Source: an uncultured Methanosarcinales archaeon (GTDB lineage Archaea; Nanobdellota; Nanobdellia; Woesearchaeales; GW2011-AR4). Taken from it: a stretch of 58,995 bases of DNA. The notes under the pieces are model-generated. The model worked only from the letters and a program-made list of their open reading frames with translations. It searched no databases and was not told where the DNA came from. Position 1 is the stretch's first letter, and each line of letters begins with the position of its first letter. A program made the position numbers and the translations under genes. Location: contig CAYTDO010000009.1 of the NCBI GenBank assembly GCA_964436645.1, positions 1-58,995 on the forward strand, given 5' to 3'. Positions 18,158 to 27,980 of the stretch are shown piece after piece.

Positions 18158-19480
18158 ATGTATGATATTGTAATAGGCAGGAGCCCGGAAGAAACAAAAA
18201 AGCTTGGAACTGCTGCAACCATCTATATTGGAAAGCATTTTGTCAAGATGGGCCAGACAACTTCTCTATCGAATAAAGTTTATATGGATGTGGCAAAAAG
18301 CCATATTGTTTTTGTCTGCGGAAAAAGAGGCTCGGGAAAAAGCTATACTTTGGGAGTAATGGCCGAATCAATGCTGGACCTCCCAACAGAGACAAGAAAT
18401 AACCTGTCAATAATAATGATGGACACAATGGGCATATATTGGACCATGAAATATCCGAATAAGCAGGACAAGGACATTCTTGATGAATGGGGACTTGAAG
18501 CAAAGCCATTGAACGTAAACATTTTCACACCAGTTGGCTATTACAAGCAATATAAGGAAAAAGGAATCCCCACAGATTTTCCTTTTGCAATAAGGACCTC
18601 TGAGTTGTCTGCATATGAATGGTCCGAAGTCTTTAACATTGATTTAAACAGCCCATTAGGGTCATTGATAGATCGAGTAATAGAAAACCTCAAGGAATCT
18701 AAAAGGAATTATGATCTAAATGAAATAATAGGGCAAATCCAGAAAGACGACCGTGCTTCCAAGGAAATAAAAGACGCTGCGGAAAACCGCTTTTTGTCTG
18801 CAAAGCACTGGGGATTATTTAGCAGCAAGGGGACATTGATGGAAGACCTCATCATTCCCGGCCAGATAACTGTATTGGATGTAAGCTGCTATACCCATAT
18901 TCCCGGAGCTCAGGGCTTGAGGTCTTTGGTCATTGGATTAGTCTCCCAAAAAATATTCACTGAAAGGATGATTGTAAGAAAGACAGAGGAATATGAATCA
19001 ATTTACAAAGAAACTCATCTGCTCTCAAGGGAAGATGGCGAGGAAGAAAAAAAAGAGCCATTAGTTTGGCTTTTCATTGATGAAGCCCATGAATTCTTGC
19101 CGAATGATAGCACCACAGTTGCATCCGGTCCCTTAATAACCATTCTAAGGGAAGGAAGACAACCGGGAATAAGCCTCGTTCTTGCCACCCAGCAGCCAGG
19201 AAAGATGCACACGGACGTCATAACACAATCTGATATAGTGATAGCTCATCGACTTACCGCAAAAATAGACACCCAGGCCCTGGCAGCGTTAATGCAGAGC
19301 TACATGAGAGAAAGCCTGGATAAGCAGCTCAATTACCTTCCAACCTCGAAGGGAGCTGCATTGGTCTTTGACGATAATAACGAAAAGCTTTTCCCAATAG
19401 GGGTAAGGCCAAGGTATACCTGGCACGGAGGCTCAACACCTTCTATTCTTGTAAAGGAGAAAAAATTATTTGAATTCTAA
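18158..19480 (+). CDS. HerA/DUF87-like P-loop ATPase
   Basis: Starting at the ATG at 18158 (MYDIVIGR...) avoids overlap with the divergent gene. Walker A is GKRGSGKSYT and Walker B is LFIDEAHEF. The N-terminus is HAS-barrel-like. Confidence 0.7.
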   Translation: MYDIVIGRSPEETKKLGTAATIYIGKHFVKMGQTTSLSNKVYMDVAKSHIVFVCGKRGSGKSYTLGVMAESMLDLPTETRNNLSIIMMDTMGIYWTMKYPNKQDKDILDEWGLEAKPLNVNIFTPVGYYKQYKEKGIPTDFPFAIRTSELSAYEWSEVFNIDLNSPLGSLIDRVIENLKESKRNYDLNEIIGQIQKDDRASKEIKDAAENRFLSAKHWGLFSSKGTLMEDLIIPGQITVLDVSCYTHIPGAQGLRSLVIGLVSQKIFTERMIVRKTEEYESIYKETHLLSREDGEEEKKEPLVWLFIDEAHEFLPNDSTTVASGPLITILREGRQPGISLVLATQQPGKMHTDVITQSDIVIAHRLTAKIDTQALAALMQSYMRESLDKQLNYLPTSKGAALVFDDNNEKLFPIGVRPRYTWHGGSTPSILVKEKKLFEF

Positions 19481-19896
19481 ACTTCCCTGAATATCTTAAG
19501 CTTGTTTAGCTCCAGAACAACAATAATAAGTATAGTAGCTATCGCTGCTAAATAATATTGCCCAAGGCCCACAGCCAAGCCTACTCCAGCCACTGACCAG
19601 ATTGAAGCAGCAGTAGTTAACCCTTTTACATGGTTCTCTGCCCTGAAAATGGTTCCTGCTCCAAGAAATCCTATTCCCGTTGCCACTCCTGCTATTATTC
19701 TTCCTGCTTCTGTTGGAATGCTCTGCAGAGTCAGCAAAATGAATAGAGTTGATCCTGCGCAGACAAGCATATGTGTTCTTAATCCGGCCGGCTTGTGCAA
19801 TTTTTTCCTTTCGAACCCAATGATGCCTCCAGCTATGGCCGCAAACAAAAGCCTGAGAAGCATCTCATTGTTTTCAATCATATAATCCTTCTCCAT
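19477..19896 (-). CDS. mgtC: MgtC/SapB family membrane protein
   Basis: 139 aa. LLFAAIAGGIIGFERKKLHKPAGLRTHMLV is the MgtC signature. Confidence 0.8.
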   Translation of the reverse strand: MEKDYMIENNEMLLRLLFAAIAGGIIGFERKKLHKPAGLRTHMLVCAGSTLFILLTLQSIPTEAGRIIAGVATGIGFLGAGTIFRAENHVKGLTTAASIWSVAGVGLAVGLGQYYLAAIATILIIVVLELNKLKIFREV

Positions 19897-19978
19897 ATTT
19901 TGTGTTTAAATACTTTTTTGTTTAATATCTAAATAATTAAAAAAAATTTATAAGCAATAACCTATTATTATCTATAAA

Positions 19979-20278
19979 ATGCCATTTTCAAAATCATTTC
20001 CAAAAACAAGCAAAGCTTCGGTATACCCCCAATGGGAGGAGATCTTCTTGACAGAAGAAGAGGGAAATCTTGTTGAACAGGAATCAAGAAAAGAAAATAT
20101 CTCCTTATTCAAGGAATGCATAGAAGATGCTAAGAAGTTAATGCATGAAAAATCTCTTAAAGATTACCAGACTGATTTGATAAGCATCGCAACAGCATTA
20201 TTCGAGAAAAGAGCCTCCCATTCAATCTACTGGAAGGAAAGCAAGGCCAAGGAAAAGTTTGATAAACTATTTAAGTGA
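19979..20278 (+). CDS. hypothetical protein
   Basis: 99 aa, helical and charged, with no motif recognised. Confidence 0.45.
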   Translation: MPFSKSFPKTSKASVYPQWEEIFLTEEEGNLVEQESRKENISLFKECIEDAKKLMHEKSLKDYQTDLISIATALFEKRASHSIYWKESKAKEKFDKLFK

Positions 20279-21163
20279 TTAAGCTGCTTTCTGTGCAACA
20301 TACATTTGTTTTGGGAAGGTATAGTCAAACAAATTTTTTAGAACAACGGCTTTTAAAACATCAAATCCGATTCCACCTAAAACTTGCCGGGTTGTTAGCA
20401 ACGCAGTATAGCCCGATGCAACCAGATAGCCTCCATTTTTAAGTTGCCTAAGCGTAATATCTGCGATATCTCTTGCAGTTGGCCCATGCCCAAGCACTTC
20501 TGGCTCAAAAAATGCATTTGCAACAATAGCATCAAATTTTACTCCGCTAAAAACCGACCCTAAATCTTCCGCCCTAGCTTCTTTAACTTTGCTGGATCCT
20601 AATCGTTTCCTTGCCTCCGCAACATTGCTGGGGTTAGCATCAAGCGCATAAACTTCTAAATTAGGATATGCTTCCTGCATAGACAATGCCAATTTTCCTA
20701 TGCCGCAGCCAATCTCCAAAACTACTCCTTTTTCTAATCCTAACTGGCCTATCTCATCAACAATAGCAGGATGTATTTGTCTGTCCAAATGATGGTCATA
20801 ATTGCTCCATGACGGAGGATCTTCTGAGCGCAAGCGTACAGTTGCAATAAATTCAGATATAACCCTTGGTGACTGCAATAATGACTGTTCAAGTTCCTCA
20901 GCAGAAAAAGACGTATTATGGTATTCTTCAGCGCCGTCAAAAAATTCAGCAGAATTATCTTTTCTTAAGCCTAAAGGGACAGCTTTCCATACATTTCCTT
21001 CAGAAGTTGAAGTTATGTCAATATTGCATAAAACAACACGGCCGTTGTATAATACTATGCCTCCGAATGGCATATCATAATTATTGCCTCGCGCTATCTC
21101 AAGGGGGCTTCTATCAGTAAGAATTGCATCTAGATTGGGAACTGTTCTTAGCGTAACAGCCAT
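20279..21163 (-). CDS. class I SAM-dependent methyltransferase with unassigned N-terminal domain
   Basis: 294 aa. SAM motif I VLEIGCGIGKLAL sits in the C-terminal half, and the first ~140 aa are unassigned. Confidence 0.65.
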   Translation of the reverse strand: MAVTLRTVPNLDAILTDRSPLEIARGNNYDMPFGGIVLYNGRVVLCNIDITSTSEGNVWKAVPLGLRKDNSAEFFDGAEEYHNTSFSAEELEQSLLQSPRVISEFIATVRLRSEDPPSWSNYDHHLDRQIHPAIVDEIGQLGLEKGVVLEIGCGIGKLALSMQEAYPNLEVYALDANPSNVAEARKRLGSSKVKEARAEDLGSVFSGVKFDAIVANAFFEPEVLGHGPTARDIADITLRQLKNGGYLVASGYTALLTTRQVLGGIGFDVLKAVVLKNLFDYTFPKQMYVAQKAA

Positions 21164-21261
21164 GCACGCTTAGAAATACATAATCTTTTTTAAATCTTTT
21201 CTTCATTTGGTTGCATTAAGCTGGTGCCGGCCAGAAGAATAAGCGAATATTTTGAGTACAT

Positions 21262-21519
21262 TTATTTCTTGTAAAATAATCTTACCCAAATTCTTTTAAA
21301 AATCGGCATTGTTAAAGTAGATAATGCATAGCCAATAGCAGGAATAAATGCAGTAAGCCATGGTTTTGGAGCATTTATCATATAAAGAAATACCACCACT
21401 ATAAAATAAGTCAATACAGCTATTATAGCCCTTCTTGTCTTGCTCGTCTCCCAAGCCTTGTCTGTCTCAACTCTCTTGTTTCTCTCTTTAATCGACTCAA
21501 TTTCGTTTTTCATAATCAA
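21262..21519 (-). CDS. hypothetical two-TM membrane protein
   Basis: 85 aa with a charged N-terminus (ERNKRVETDKAWETSKTRR) followed by two hydrophobic helices. Confidence 0.5.
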   Translation of the reverse strand: MIMKNEIESIKERNKRVETDKAWETSKTRRAIIAVLTYFIVVVFLYMINAPKPWLTAFIPAIGYALSTLTMPIFKRIWVRLFYKK

Positions 21520-21533
21520 ATTATAAGTGCCAT

Positions 21534-22760
21534 CTATCCAAATTTAATGTATCTGTTTAAATTTGATCCAAGATTCCAATGCGTAGCAAGATAGCTTCCT
21601 GAATCTGGCTTTGGATTGAAGTAATCATCGTTGTTGCAGTCGAAGTGCATTTCAAATCCTTTGTCCTGGCAAGCATCGCCGAAAACAGTATTTGGATTAT
21701 CTGACTTGCACATTACATCACTTCCCTGCTTATCCAGTGGAGGCTCATCTTTGCAATGATATTCGCCTGCAGAATTAGGCGAATTGAGCTGCACTGCACC
21801 CATTGTATGGGTGTATTCATGAAGCATAATTATTGGAGCAAGCATGTCAACTTCAGTATGATACTTTTGTGGAATTTTGGAGATTCCGCCGTCATACAAT
21901 ACAGCGTAGCTAGGTCCTATATTGTAAATGTTGTCTGCAGAAAGCCGGTCATCCGGCCCTTTCTGGGGTGTGGCCTGTGCTTCGCACTCTGATTTGCCTC
22001 CTTCGCAGCCATCTGCGCTGCCATCGTAGTAAACTATGTATTTAGTCATACTATCACCATATCCTAATTCCTGCAAGTCTGATTCAAGAACCGCTGTTGT
22101 TTTTCCATCGCCCGTGTTATACTTCCTGGCTGATTTTGGAAGGATGACATTCAGTACAGTAATATCCTTATCTTTGCAGGCAATTTTTATATCGGCAATT
22201 ACGCCGAATTTCTTAGCTTCATTGTTTACTATTCCATTTGCATTGGCAATCCATTTCTTCAAAGTCTTCGATATTTCCTGATACCTGTCTTTGCCGTCAG
22301 ATGGCCTTGCATACACTAATTGAGCATGGTAATCATCTCGGCCTACGCACACAGGATTTTGTGTATGGAATAAGAAATCTGCTGGTGATTGAGGGAAGTT
22401 TATGTCATAAGAAGGCATATCTGATGGAATTAGAGTTGTCTTTTTAGTGCTGTTCTTCTCATATTCGCACAATCTTATGCAAGGCTCGTACTGCATGACA
22501 CTGCAATCATCTGGCCAGTAGATTTGCTTTCCAGCTTTCCAGTCCTCGCACATTTGCTTTGGATAGCCTTCCGGGAAGAAATCACATGAGTAGAAGCAGC
22601 CGAAATCTTCCATTTTTGCAGTTTCTATGGCAGAGCTTTCTTCTTTTATTGCAGATTGTTTTTTCACACTTCCTTGGGATTTTTTCAGTAAATCGCAACC
22701 GCTAGTGAGAATAAGGCCTACAACAACAAATACAAAAACCACATATTTTGGTGATTTCAT
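21534..22760 (-). CDS. secreted/lipid-anchored Cys-rich putative zinc metalloprotease
   Basis: 408 aa with a signal peptide and lipobox-like LTSGC, many Cys residues and an HExxH motif (HEYTHTMG). Confidence 0.55.
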   Translation of the reverse strand: MKSPKYVVFVFVVVGLILTSGCDLLKKSQGSVKKQSAIKEESSAIETAKMEDFGCFYSCDFFPEGYPKQMCEDWKAGKQIYWPDDCSVMQYEPCIRLCEYEKNSTKKTTLIPSDMPSYDINFPQSPADFLFHTQNPVCVGRDDYHAQLVYARPSDGKDRYQEISKTLKKWIANANGIVNNEAKKFGVIADIKIACKDKDITVLNVILPKSARKYNTGDGKTTAVLESDLQELGYGDSMTKYIVYYDGSADGCEGGKSECEAQATPQKGPDDRLSADNIYNIGPSYAVLYDGGISKIPQKYHTEVDMLAPIIMLHEYTHTMGAVQLNSPNSAGEYHCKDEPPLDKQGSDVMCKSDNPNTVFGDACQDKGFEMHFDCNNDDYFNPKPDSGSYLATHWNLGSNLNRYIKFG

Positions 22761-22804
22761 TTTCTATCCCTGTATTTTCCTATAAAATTAAGAAATATAA
22801 AATC

Positions 22805-23020
22805 TTATTGCTTATGATGCCCGACATGTTGCATTGCCTCGTCAGGCCCGTACGTCATTGATATCATGGAAGCTATGAACATCAGCATGAAAAACAAGGC
22901 AAAAGTGAAGCCCCATCTGTTGCTTACATCATAAACATAATAAACGGAAATCAAGAACCCAAGTATGCTTGTTATCATATAGCCGCCTTTTAACGGTGCG
23001 ACATTATAGTTGAAAGCCAT
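22805..23020 (-). CDS. hypothetical small membrane protein
   Basis: 71 aa with two TM helices. Confidence 0.45.
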   Translation of the reverse strand: MAFNYNVAPLKGGYMITSILGFLISVYYVYDVSNRWGFTFALFFMLMFIASMISMTYGPDEAMQHVGHHKQ

Positions 23021-23075
23021 GTTTTACCTCTTTTTCAGCATCCTCTGTTGATAACTATTTAAACTTAATTATTTT

Positions 23076-24164
23076 TTATTTGAACTTAACAAAATTCAGC
23101 CTGTCAATGTGCTTCCTTGCATCCTCAATTCCTTTGACAAACTCAATCATGAACTTTTCCATCTTTTCAACAGCAAGCTCCTTTAATTCTCCTGAAGTCA
23201 TTTTCCCAGACTTGTACTTCTTATAGATATCATCAAGCTCCCCATCATCCTCAACAAGATGCTGCTTCATCAGCTCAAAGACCATGTCTTTCTCAATTAC
23301 CGCGCCTAATCTCCTATGTTCCTCCAAAGTATCCCGGCCGCCAGTCAAAGCCCTCATAATCTTCTTCTTTACAGAGCCGATATCTTCTGGCAGCTCAATG
23401 CAGCTTTCCGGCTTTGATTTTGACATCTTGATGCTTCCATCAAGGGAAGGAGTATATTTATGATAAATGGAAGAAGGCAAAAAGAATTTTTTCTCTTTCG
23501 TTCTCCTTACAATATCCCTTGTCAGCCTTATGTGCGGGTCCTGGTCAATTCCAACCGGGATTATTCCCGGCTTCCTGTCCTTGAACTGCGGATATAAAAT
23601 GTCTGCTGCCTGCGTTATCGCTCCCATTATCCTGCCAGGATCCGCATTCCCATATATTGCTTCAAACTCATTAAGCGTTATCTTCTTGGCAAACTCGTAA
23701 GCATTGTTCATTACTTCCTTATTCTCTGATTGAAAGTAAAAATTTGTTTTCTTGGCGTCAAGGCCCAAAGCAACATAGGCAGGAACATGGAAATCGAGCG
23801 CAATCTTGCGCGCTTTCTCAAGTGTAACCCCTCTTGTGGAAGCTGCCTCTAAATCCGCAACCAGAATGTAAGTCTCAGCGCCATGCTCCTGGAAATACTT
23901 TATGTTCTCAACGACCATCTTTGTGCCAAAATGGATTTTTTCATTTGTAGGCATTATCCCGCTGAGCACATAGTATTTTTTCTTTTTCTTGATGCAGTCA
24001 GAAATGATATGCAAATCTCGCCCGGAAAAAATAACACCTCTCCTCATTATTCTGTTGGGCTTTGGAAATAGTTTATGGTTAAACACCTCTAGGCCGAAGT
24101 CTTTGACAATTTTCTCATAATCTTCCAATAATCCAGAGCCCCAGGGATCAATTATCTTCTGCAT
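23076..24164 (-). CDS. trpS: tryptophan--tRNA ligase (archaeal/eukaryotic type)
   Basis: 362 aa with N-terminal IDPWGS, GIDQDPHIRLTRD, KMSKS, and C-terminal TGGRDTLEEHRRLG...YKSGKMTSGELK typical of TrpRS. The HIGH motif is degenerate (KIHFGT). Confidence 0.8.
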   Translation of the reverse strand: MQKIIDPWGSGLLEDYEKIVKDFGLEVFNHKLFPKPNRIMRRGVIFSGRDLHIISDCIKKKKKYYVLSGIMPTNEKIHFGTKMVVENIKYFQEHGAETYILVADLEAASTRGVTLEKARKIALDFHVPAYVALGLDAKKTNFYFQSENKEVMNNAYEFAKKITLNEFEAIYGNADPGRIMGAITQAADILYPQFKDRKPGIIPVGIDQDPHIRLTRDIVRRTKEKKFFLPSSIYHKYTPSLDGSIKMSKSKPESCIELPEDIGSVKKKIMRALTGGRDTLEEHRRLGAVIEKDMVFELMKQHLVEDDGELDDIYKKYKSGKMTSGELKELAVEKMEKFMIEFVKGIEDARKHIDRLNFVKFK

Positions 24165-24425
24165 TTTTTGTTTTTGATTGTTTTATCTGTTTTTTATTAT
24201 TGAATATTTTTATTGAAATTTGATTTTTGTTTTATTATTTTTCTTTAATTATTTTTTCTTTTTTTGTTATATTTTTGTTATTGTAGTTTTATCTTTTGTT
24301 GAGTTTTTATTATTGGAACATAGGTTTTTTATTTATTGTTTTTTAAAATATTCTTTTTTATTGAGTATTTGGAGTTTGTGTTTATATTATCTTTAATCTT
24401 TTGTTTATATTTTTATTGTATTTGC

Positions 24426-25289
24426 TCAAGATAATATAACCAAAACTGCTCCTAGCAGCATTATCATAGCACCTAAAAGCCTGTTCCGCATATTTTTCTC
24501 CCTGAACCAGAAATGCCCGTAAAAGACAGAAAATATGGAGCTTGTCCTCTTTATTGACATCATGTAGGGCACTATCACTAAAGTTATTGCTAGATTATGA
24601 AATAGGGTCATTATGCCGTAAAATAATCCTATAGGCAGCAAATCCTTAAACCTGGTTTTTAGCTGGAGAATTTTCTTCCTTGAGAAAAAGAATGAAACTA
24701 GCAAAAAGGAGACGGACATGGACAATAAGTAGCTGAGGCTCGTAAACGACGACGAAGATTCCTGGACAAGCACTTTGCTTAAAGTGGATGTAATGCTGAA
24801 CAAGAAGGCCACAATAAGCATATACTGGGAGCTTTTTTCCCTAAACATTGATTTCAGGGGTTCAAATATCCCGCTGCCAAAGCTTTTTAGGTTGAGAATG
24901 TAGGCTCCTGCAACCACAATAATAATGCCGAAAAAGCCCAATAAGCTTGGAAGCTCCCCAAGCAAAATAAAGCTTGTAGCGACCAAAAAAATGGGAGTGA
25001 ATGACAGTATTGGGGCAATCAAAGAAAGCTGGGAATTCCTTAAAGCTTTGATATAAATCATCCATGCTGCAATTTCCAAAGGGATTATCTCTGCTAAAGC
25101 AATCCAAAATCTTGAGTTTATTTCCGGAATTGAAACAAAAAAAAGCATGGGAAAAAGAATCAAAGAGCCGTAGAAAAACCTCGAAAGGACAAGAATAGAA
25201 TCATCGATATCTGATGAAGCTTTTTTCGTAAAGGCATCGGCAGTCGCATACGCAGCCGCGCTTGCCAATGAATAAAGAACCCATAGCAT
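24426..25289 (-). CDS. EamA/DMT family transporter
   Basis: 287 aa, about 10 TM helices in two EamA-like halves. Confidence 0.7.
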   Translation of the reverse strand: MLWVLYSLASAAAYATADAFTKKASSDIDDSILVLSRFFYGSLILFPMLFFVSIPEINSRFWIALAEIIPLEIAAWMIYIKALRNSQLSLIAPILSFTPIFLVATSFILLGELPSLLGFFGIIIVVAGAYILNLKSFGSGIFEPLKSMFREKSSQYMLIVAFLFSITSTLSKVLVQESSSSFTSLSYLLSMSVSFLLVSFFFSRKKILQLKTRFKDLLPIGLFYGIMTLFHNLAITLVIVPYMMSIKRTSSIFSVFYGHFWFREKNMRNRLLGAMIMLLGAVLVILS

Positions 25290-25340
25290 TTTATCAAATA
25301 TTTTTATTCTATTTTATATATGTTTATAGTTTTAATGAGC

Positions 25341-25997
25341 TTAAATTTTTAATGAATCTCTTATTTTTTCTATTGCAGCAACTTTATCTTTTGCTTTGAA
25401 TATGAAAGAGCTAACAACAAATATATTGGCACCGGCATCCGCAGCAAGAGGGGCTGTTTTATCATTAATCCCGCCATCAACCTCTATATCGAGCGAAGGT
25501 TTTAATCTCCTTAACTCTCTGACCTTTTCCATGCATGCTTCAATAAAGTTCTGCCCGGAAAATCCAGGCTCAACAGTCATGACCAGGACCATATCCACTT
25601 TATCCAGGAATTTATTTATTTTTTCAATAGGAGTTTTTGGATTTATAGCGACAGAAGCCTTGATATTGTTTTTTTTGATAAATTCAAGTGTTTTTCCCAG
25701 ACTGGAGCATGCCTCATAATGCACAGTTATATTATTTATCTTTAATCTTTTATTTGCATCGATAAATGATTTAATGTATCCTTCACTAGGCTCCTTGACC
25801 ATCAAATGTATGTCAAGCGGGACTTTAGTATTGAATTTTTTAAGAAGCTCTGCCTGAGGAGTTATATTTGGGACAAAAACATTGTCCATGACATCAACCT
25901 GCAACAGATCAGAATGCCCCTCAACTTCTTCTATCTCTTCCTGCAGCCTTTCCTGCTTCGCAGACAATATTGAGGGAACAATTTTTATTTTTGGCAT
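25341..25997 (-). CDS. rpe: ribulose-phosphate 3-epimerase
   Basis: 218 aa with IVPSILSA, LQVDVMD, HLMV and VDGGIN motifs. Confidence 0.85.
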   Translation of the reverse strand: MPKIKIVPSILSAKQERLQEEIEEVEGHSDLLQVDVMDNVFVPNITPQAELLKKFNTKVPLDIHLMVKEPSEGYIKSFIDANKRLKINNITVHYEACSSLGKTLEFIKKNNIKASVAINPKTPIEKINKFLDKVDMVLVMTVEPGFSGQNFIEACMEKVRELRRLKPSLDIEVDGGINDKTAPLAADAGANIFVVSSFIFKAKDKVAAIEKIRDSLKI

Positions 25998-26087
25998 TTT
26001 ATAAATTTTATTATAGTATTTGAATATTAATTATTTTTTTAATCCTATTGAGTTTTTGTTAATGGTTATTGTTTTGGATTTAAGTAC

Positions 26088-26759
26088 TTATTTTTTCTTG
26101 CAAAAAAACACCATATGGTCTCTTTGGTAAGGCTCTAAAGTCCTTGAATCAATAATGGTCATCTCTTTCTCAATAGCATCCCTGACTTCCTTGAAAATAA
26201 CTTTAGGATTCTTGGTGACATCAATGCTCCTAGCTTTTAATGCAAGTATAGCATACCCCCCTTTTTTCAGGAAAGCATTAAAGTTCTTGAAAAATATCGG
26301 AACTTGGCCTTTCTGCGCAATATCCTGGTATAAGACATCAACTGAACTGACTCTTGCAGCCAGATCCTGTACCCTGTTTGCATCCGCCAATACCGGCCCG
26401 ATATTTTTCCTTCCTTCGCAATTGAATATCAAGTCCCTCATTACTCTCGGCGCTAGGTCTACGGCAAACACAAACCCTTCCTTGCCTAAAATATCCGAAA
26501 CGTGCGAAACAGTTGTCCCTGTAGAGCTTCCTAAGTACAATACAACATCTCCTTTCCTTATGAATATATTATTGCATCCATTCAGTATTGCCGCAGAAAG
26601 CTTGCTTCCGTAAGGATCCCATTCCCTATACTCTGCATTATCCTGCATCACAAGCTGCTCGTCATAGACTCTTTTTCCCGGATTAAGATTCAAGGTAAAC
26701 AGCCTTCTGCTTGCTCTGTCTTCATAGACTTCAAATATTTTTGATTTTGTTATTGCCAT
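26088..26759 (-). CDS. flpA: fibrillarin-like rRNA/tRNA 2'-O-methyltransferase
   Basis: 223 aa with EYREWDPYGSKLSAAI and VLYLGSSTGTTVSHVSD. Confidence 0.9.
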   Translation of the reverse strand: MAITKSKIFEVYEDRASRRLFTLNLNPGKRVYDEQLVMQDNAEYREWDPYGSKLSAAILNGCNNIFIRKGDVVLYLGSSTGTTVSHVSDILGKEGFVFAVDLAPRVMRDLIFNCEGRKNIGPVLADANRVQDLAARVSSVDVLYQDIAQKGQVPIFFKNFNAFLKKGGYAILALKARSIDVTKNPKVIFKEVRDAIEKEMTIIDSRTLEPYQRDHMVFFCKKK

Positions 26760-26765
26760 TTTCCC

Positions 26766-27962
26766 TTAACCAAAATTTTTATCTACAATCTTGAAATAGC
26801 CCTCAAACGCAAAAAACAATGCAACTGCTGTAAAGCTCATGACGCTCCCATAGACAAATGTTATTGCAGGAGAGAAGCTCTGCCATAAAAATCCTGCTAT
26901 TAATCCTGTTGGCAAGGCTATAAGTCCGGAAATTGTATGGAAAGCCCCTAATCCAGTTGCCCTAAGTCCTTTAGGCGAAAGCTCGGATACAAAAGCCCTT
27001 TGGTTTCCGTCAATTATCGCATAAGTTATGCCATAAAGTATAAACAATATTACCAAGGAAGCAAATGAGCCGAAAACTGCAAATCCTATTGAAGTAAAAG
27101 CAAATAAAATATACCCTATTAAAATGACTTTTTTCCTCCCGATCCTGTCAGATAGGATGCCGAATGGCACTGAAAAAAGAGTGTAAAAGGCATTAAAAAT
27201 TATGTATAGCAATATCGGCAAAATTATTGCTTCATTGCCGAGCTGCTCCTGTGCTTTTAAGATGAAGAACATATAGCTGAAATTAGCGAAAGAGAATATC
27301 CCCGCAACAATCAGGAACATCTTAAGCGGTTTAGGCAATGCTTTTAGGCTTAATTTTGGAAATTCTTTTTTTATCTCTCCATTTTTTTCTTCAACAAAAT
27401 AGAGGGGGATTAGGGAAAGAAATGCAATTATTGCAGCAATTAAAATTATCTTGGAGAAGCTTAGCCCAAAAAGCCATAGCAATAAAAGAACAATTATTGA
27501 TCCTAATATTGCTCCTGCAGAATCCATCATCCTGTGGAATCCAAATGCCTTACCAAGATTGCCTGGCATTGACTCGGATATAATTGCGTCTCTTGGAGCA
27601 TTTCTTACTCCCTTGCCTACTCTTTCCAGGCTTACAAATGCAAGTATCTGCCCCCATGATTTGGATAATGCCAAAAAAAGCTTGAAAAATGCTGATGTGC
27701 CATAGCCTAAAACAACAAACTTTTTTCTTTTTCCTAATCTATCAGACCAGTATCCGGAAATGACGTTCATCATGCTCGATATGCTATCCCTCAGTCCACC
27801 CACCAATCCAATTATTATCCCAGTCCCTCCCAAAGAGTTTATCAGCATTGGCAGTATGGGCGCAATCATTTCGCTGCTTACATCTGTAAGAAAGCTTGCA
27901 ACACCAAGCAATACGACATTAAAGCTTATTCCCGAAAAAAATTTATTTTTCATTTTAATCAA
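26766..27962 (-). CDS. MFS transporter
   Basis: 398 aa, 12 TM-like segments, with loop motifs SDRLGKRK and SDRIGRKK after TM2 and TM8. Confidence 0.8.
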   Translation of the reverse strand: MIKMKNKFFSGISFNVVLLGVASFLTDVSSEMIAPILPMLINSLGGTGIIIGLVGGLRDSISSMMNVISGYWSDRLGKRKKFVVLGYGTSAFFKLFLALSKSWGQILAFVSLERVGKGVRNAPRDAIISESMPGNLGKAFGFHRMMDSAGAILGSIIVLLLLWLFGLSFSKIILIAAIIAFLSLIPLYFVEEKNGEIKKEFPKLSLKALPKPLKMFLIVAGIFSFANFSYMFFILKAQEQLGNEAIILPILLYIIFNAFYTLFSVPFGILSDRIGRKKVILIGYILFAFTSIGFAVFGSFASLVILFILYGITYAIIDGNQRAFVSELSPKGLRATGLGAFHTISGLIALPTGLIAGFLWQSFSPAITFVYGSVMSFTAVALFFAFEGYFKIVDKNFG

Positions 27963-27980
27963 AAAACTATCCTGTTAATG

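Noticed and set aside
24165-24425. Whether the long T-rich spacers (also 38621-38835 and 47459-47606) are CRISPR arrays or tandem repeats.
   Set aside because: There is no regular repeat-spacer periodicity and no recurring unit of 24 nt or more. They are low-complexity, strand-skewed tracts.
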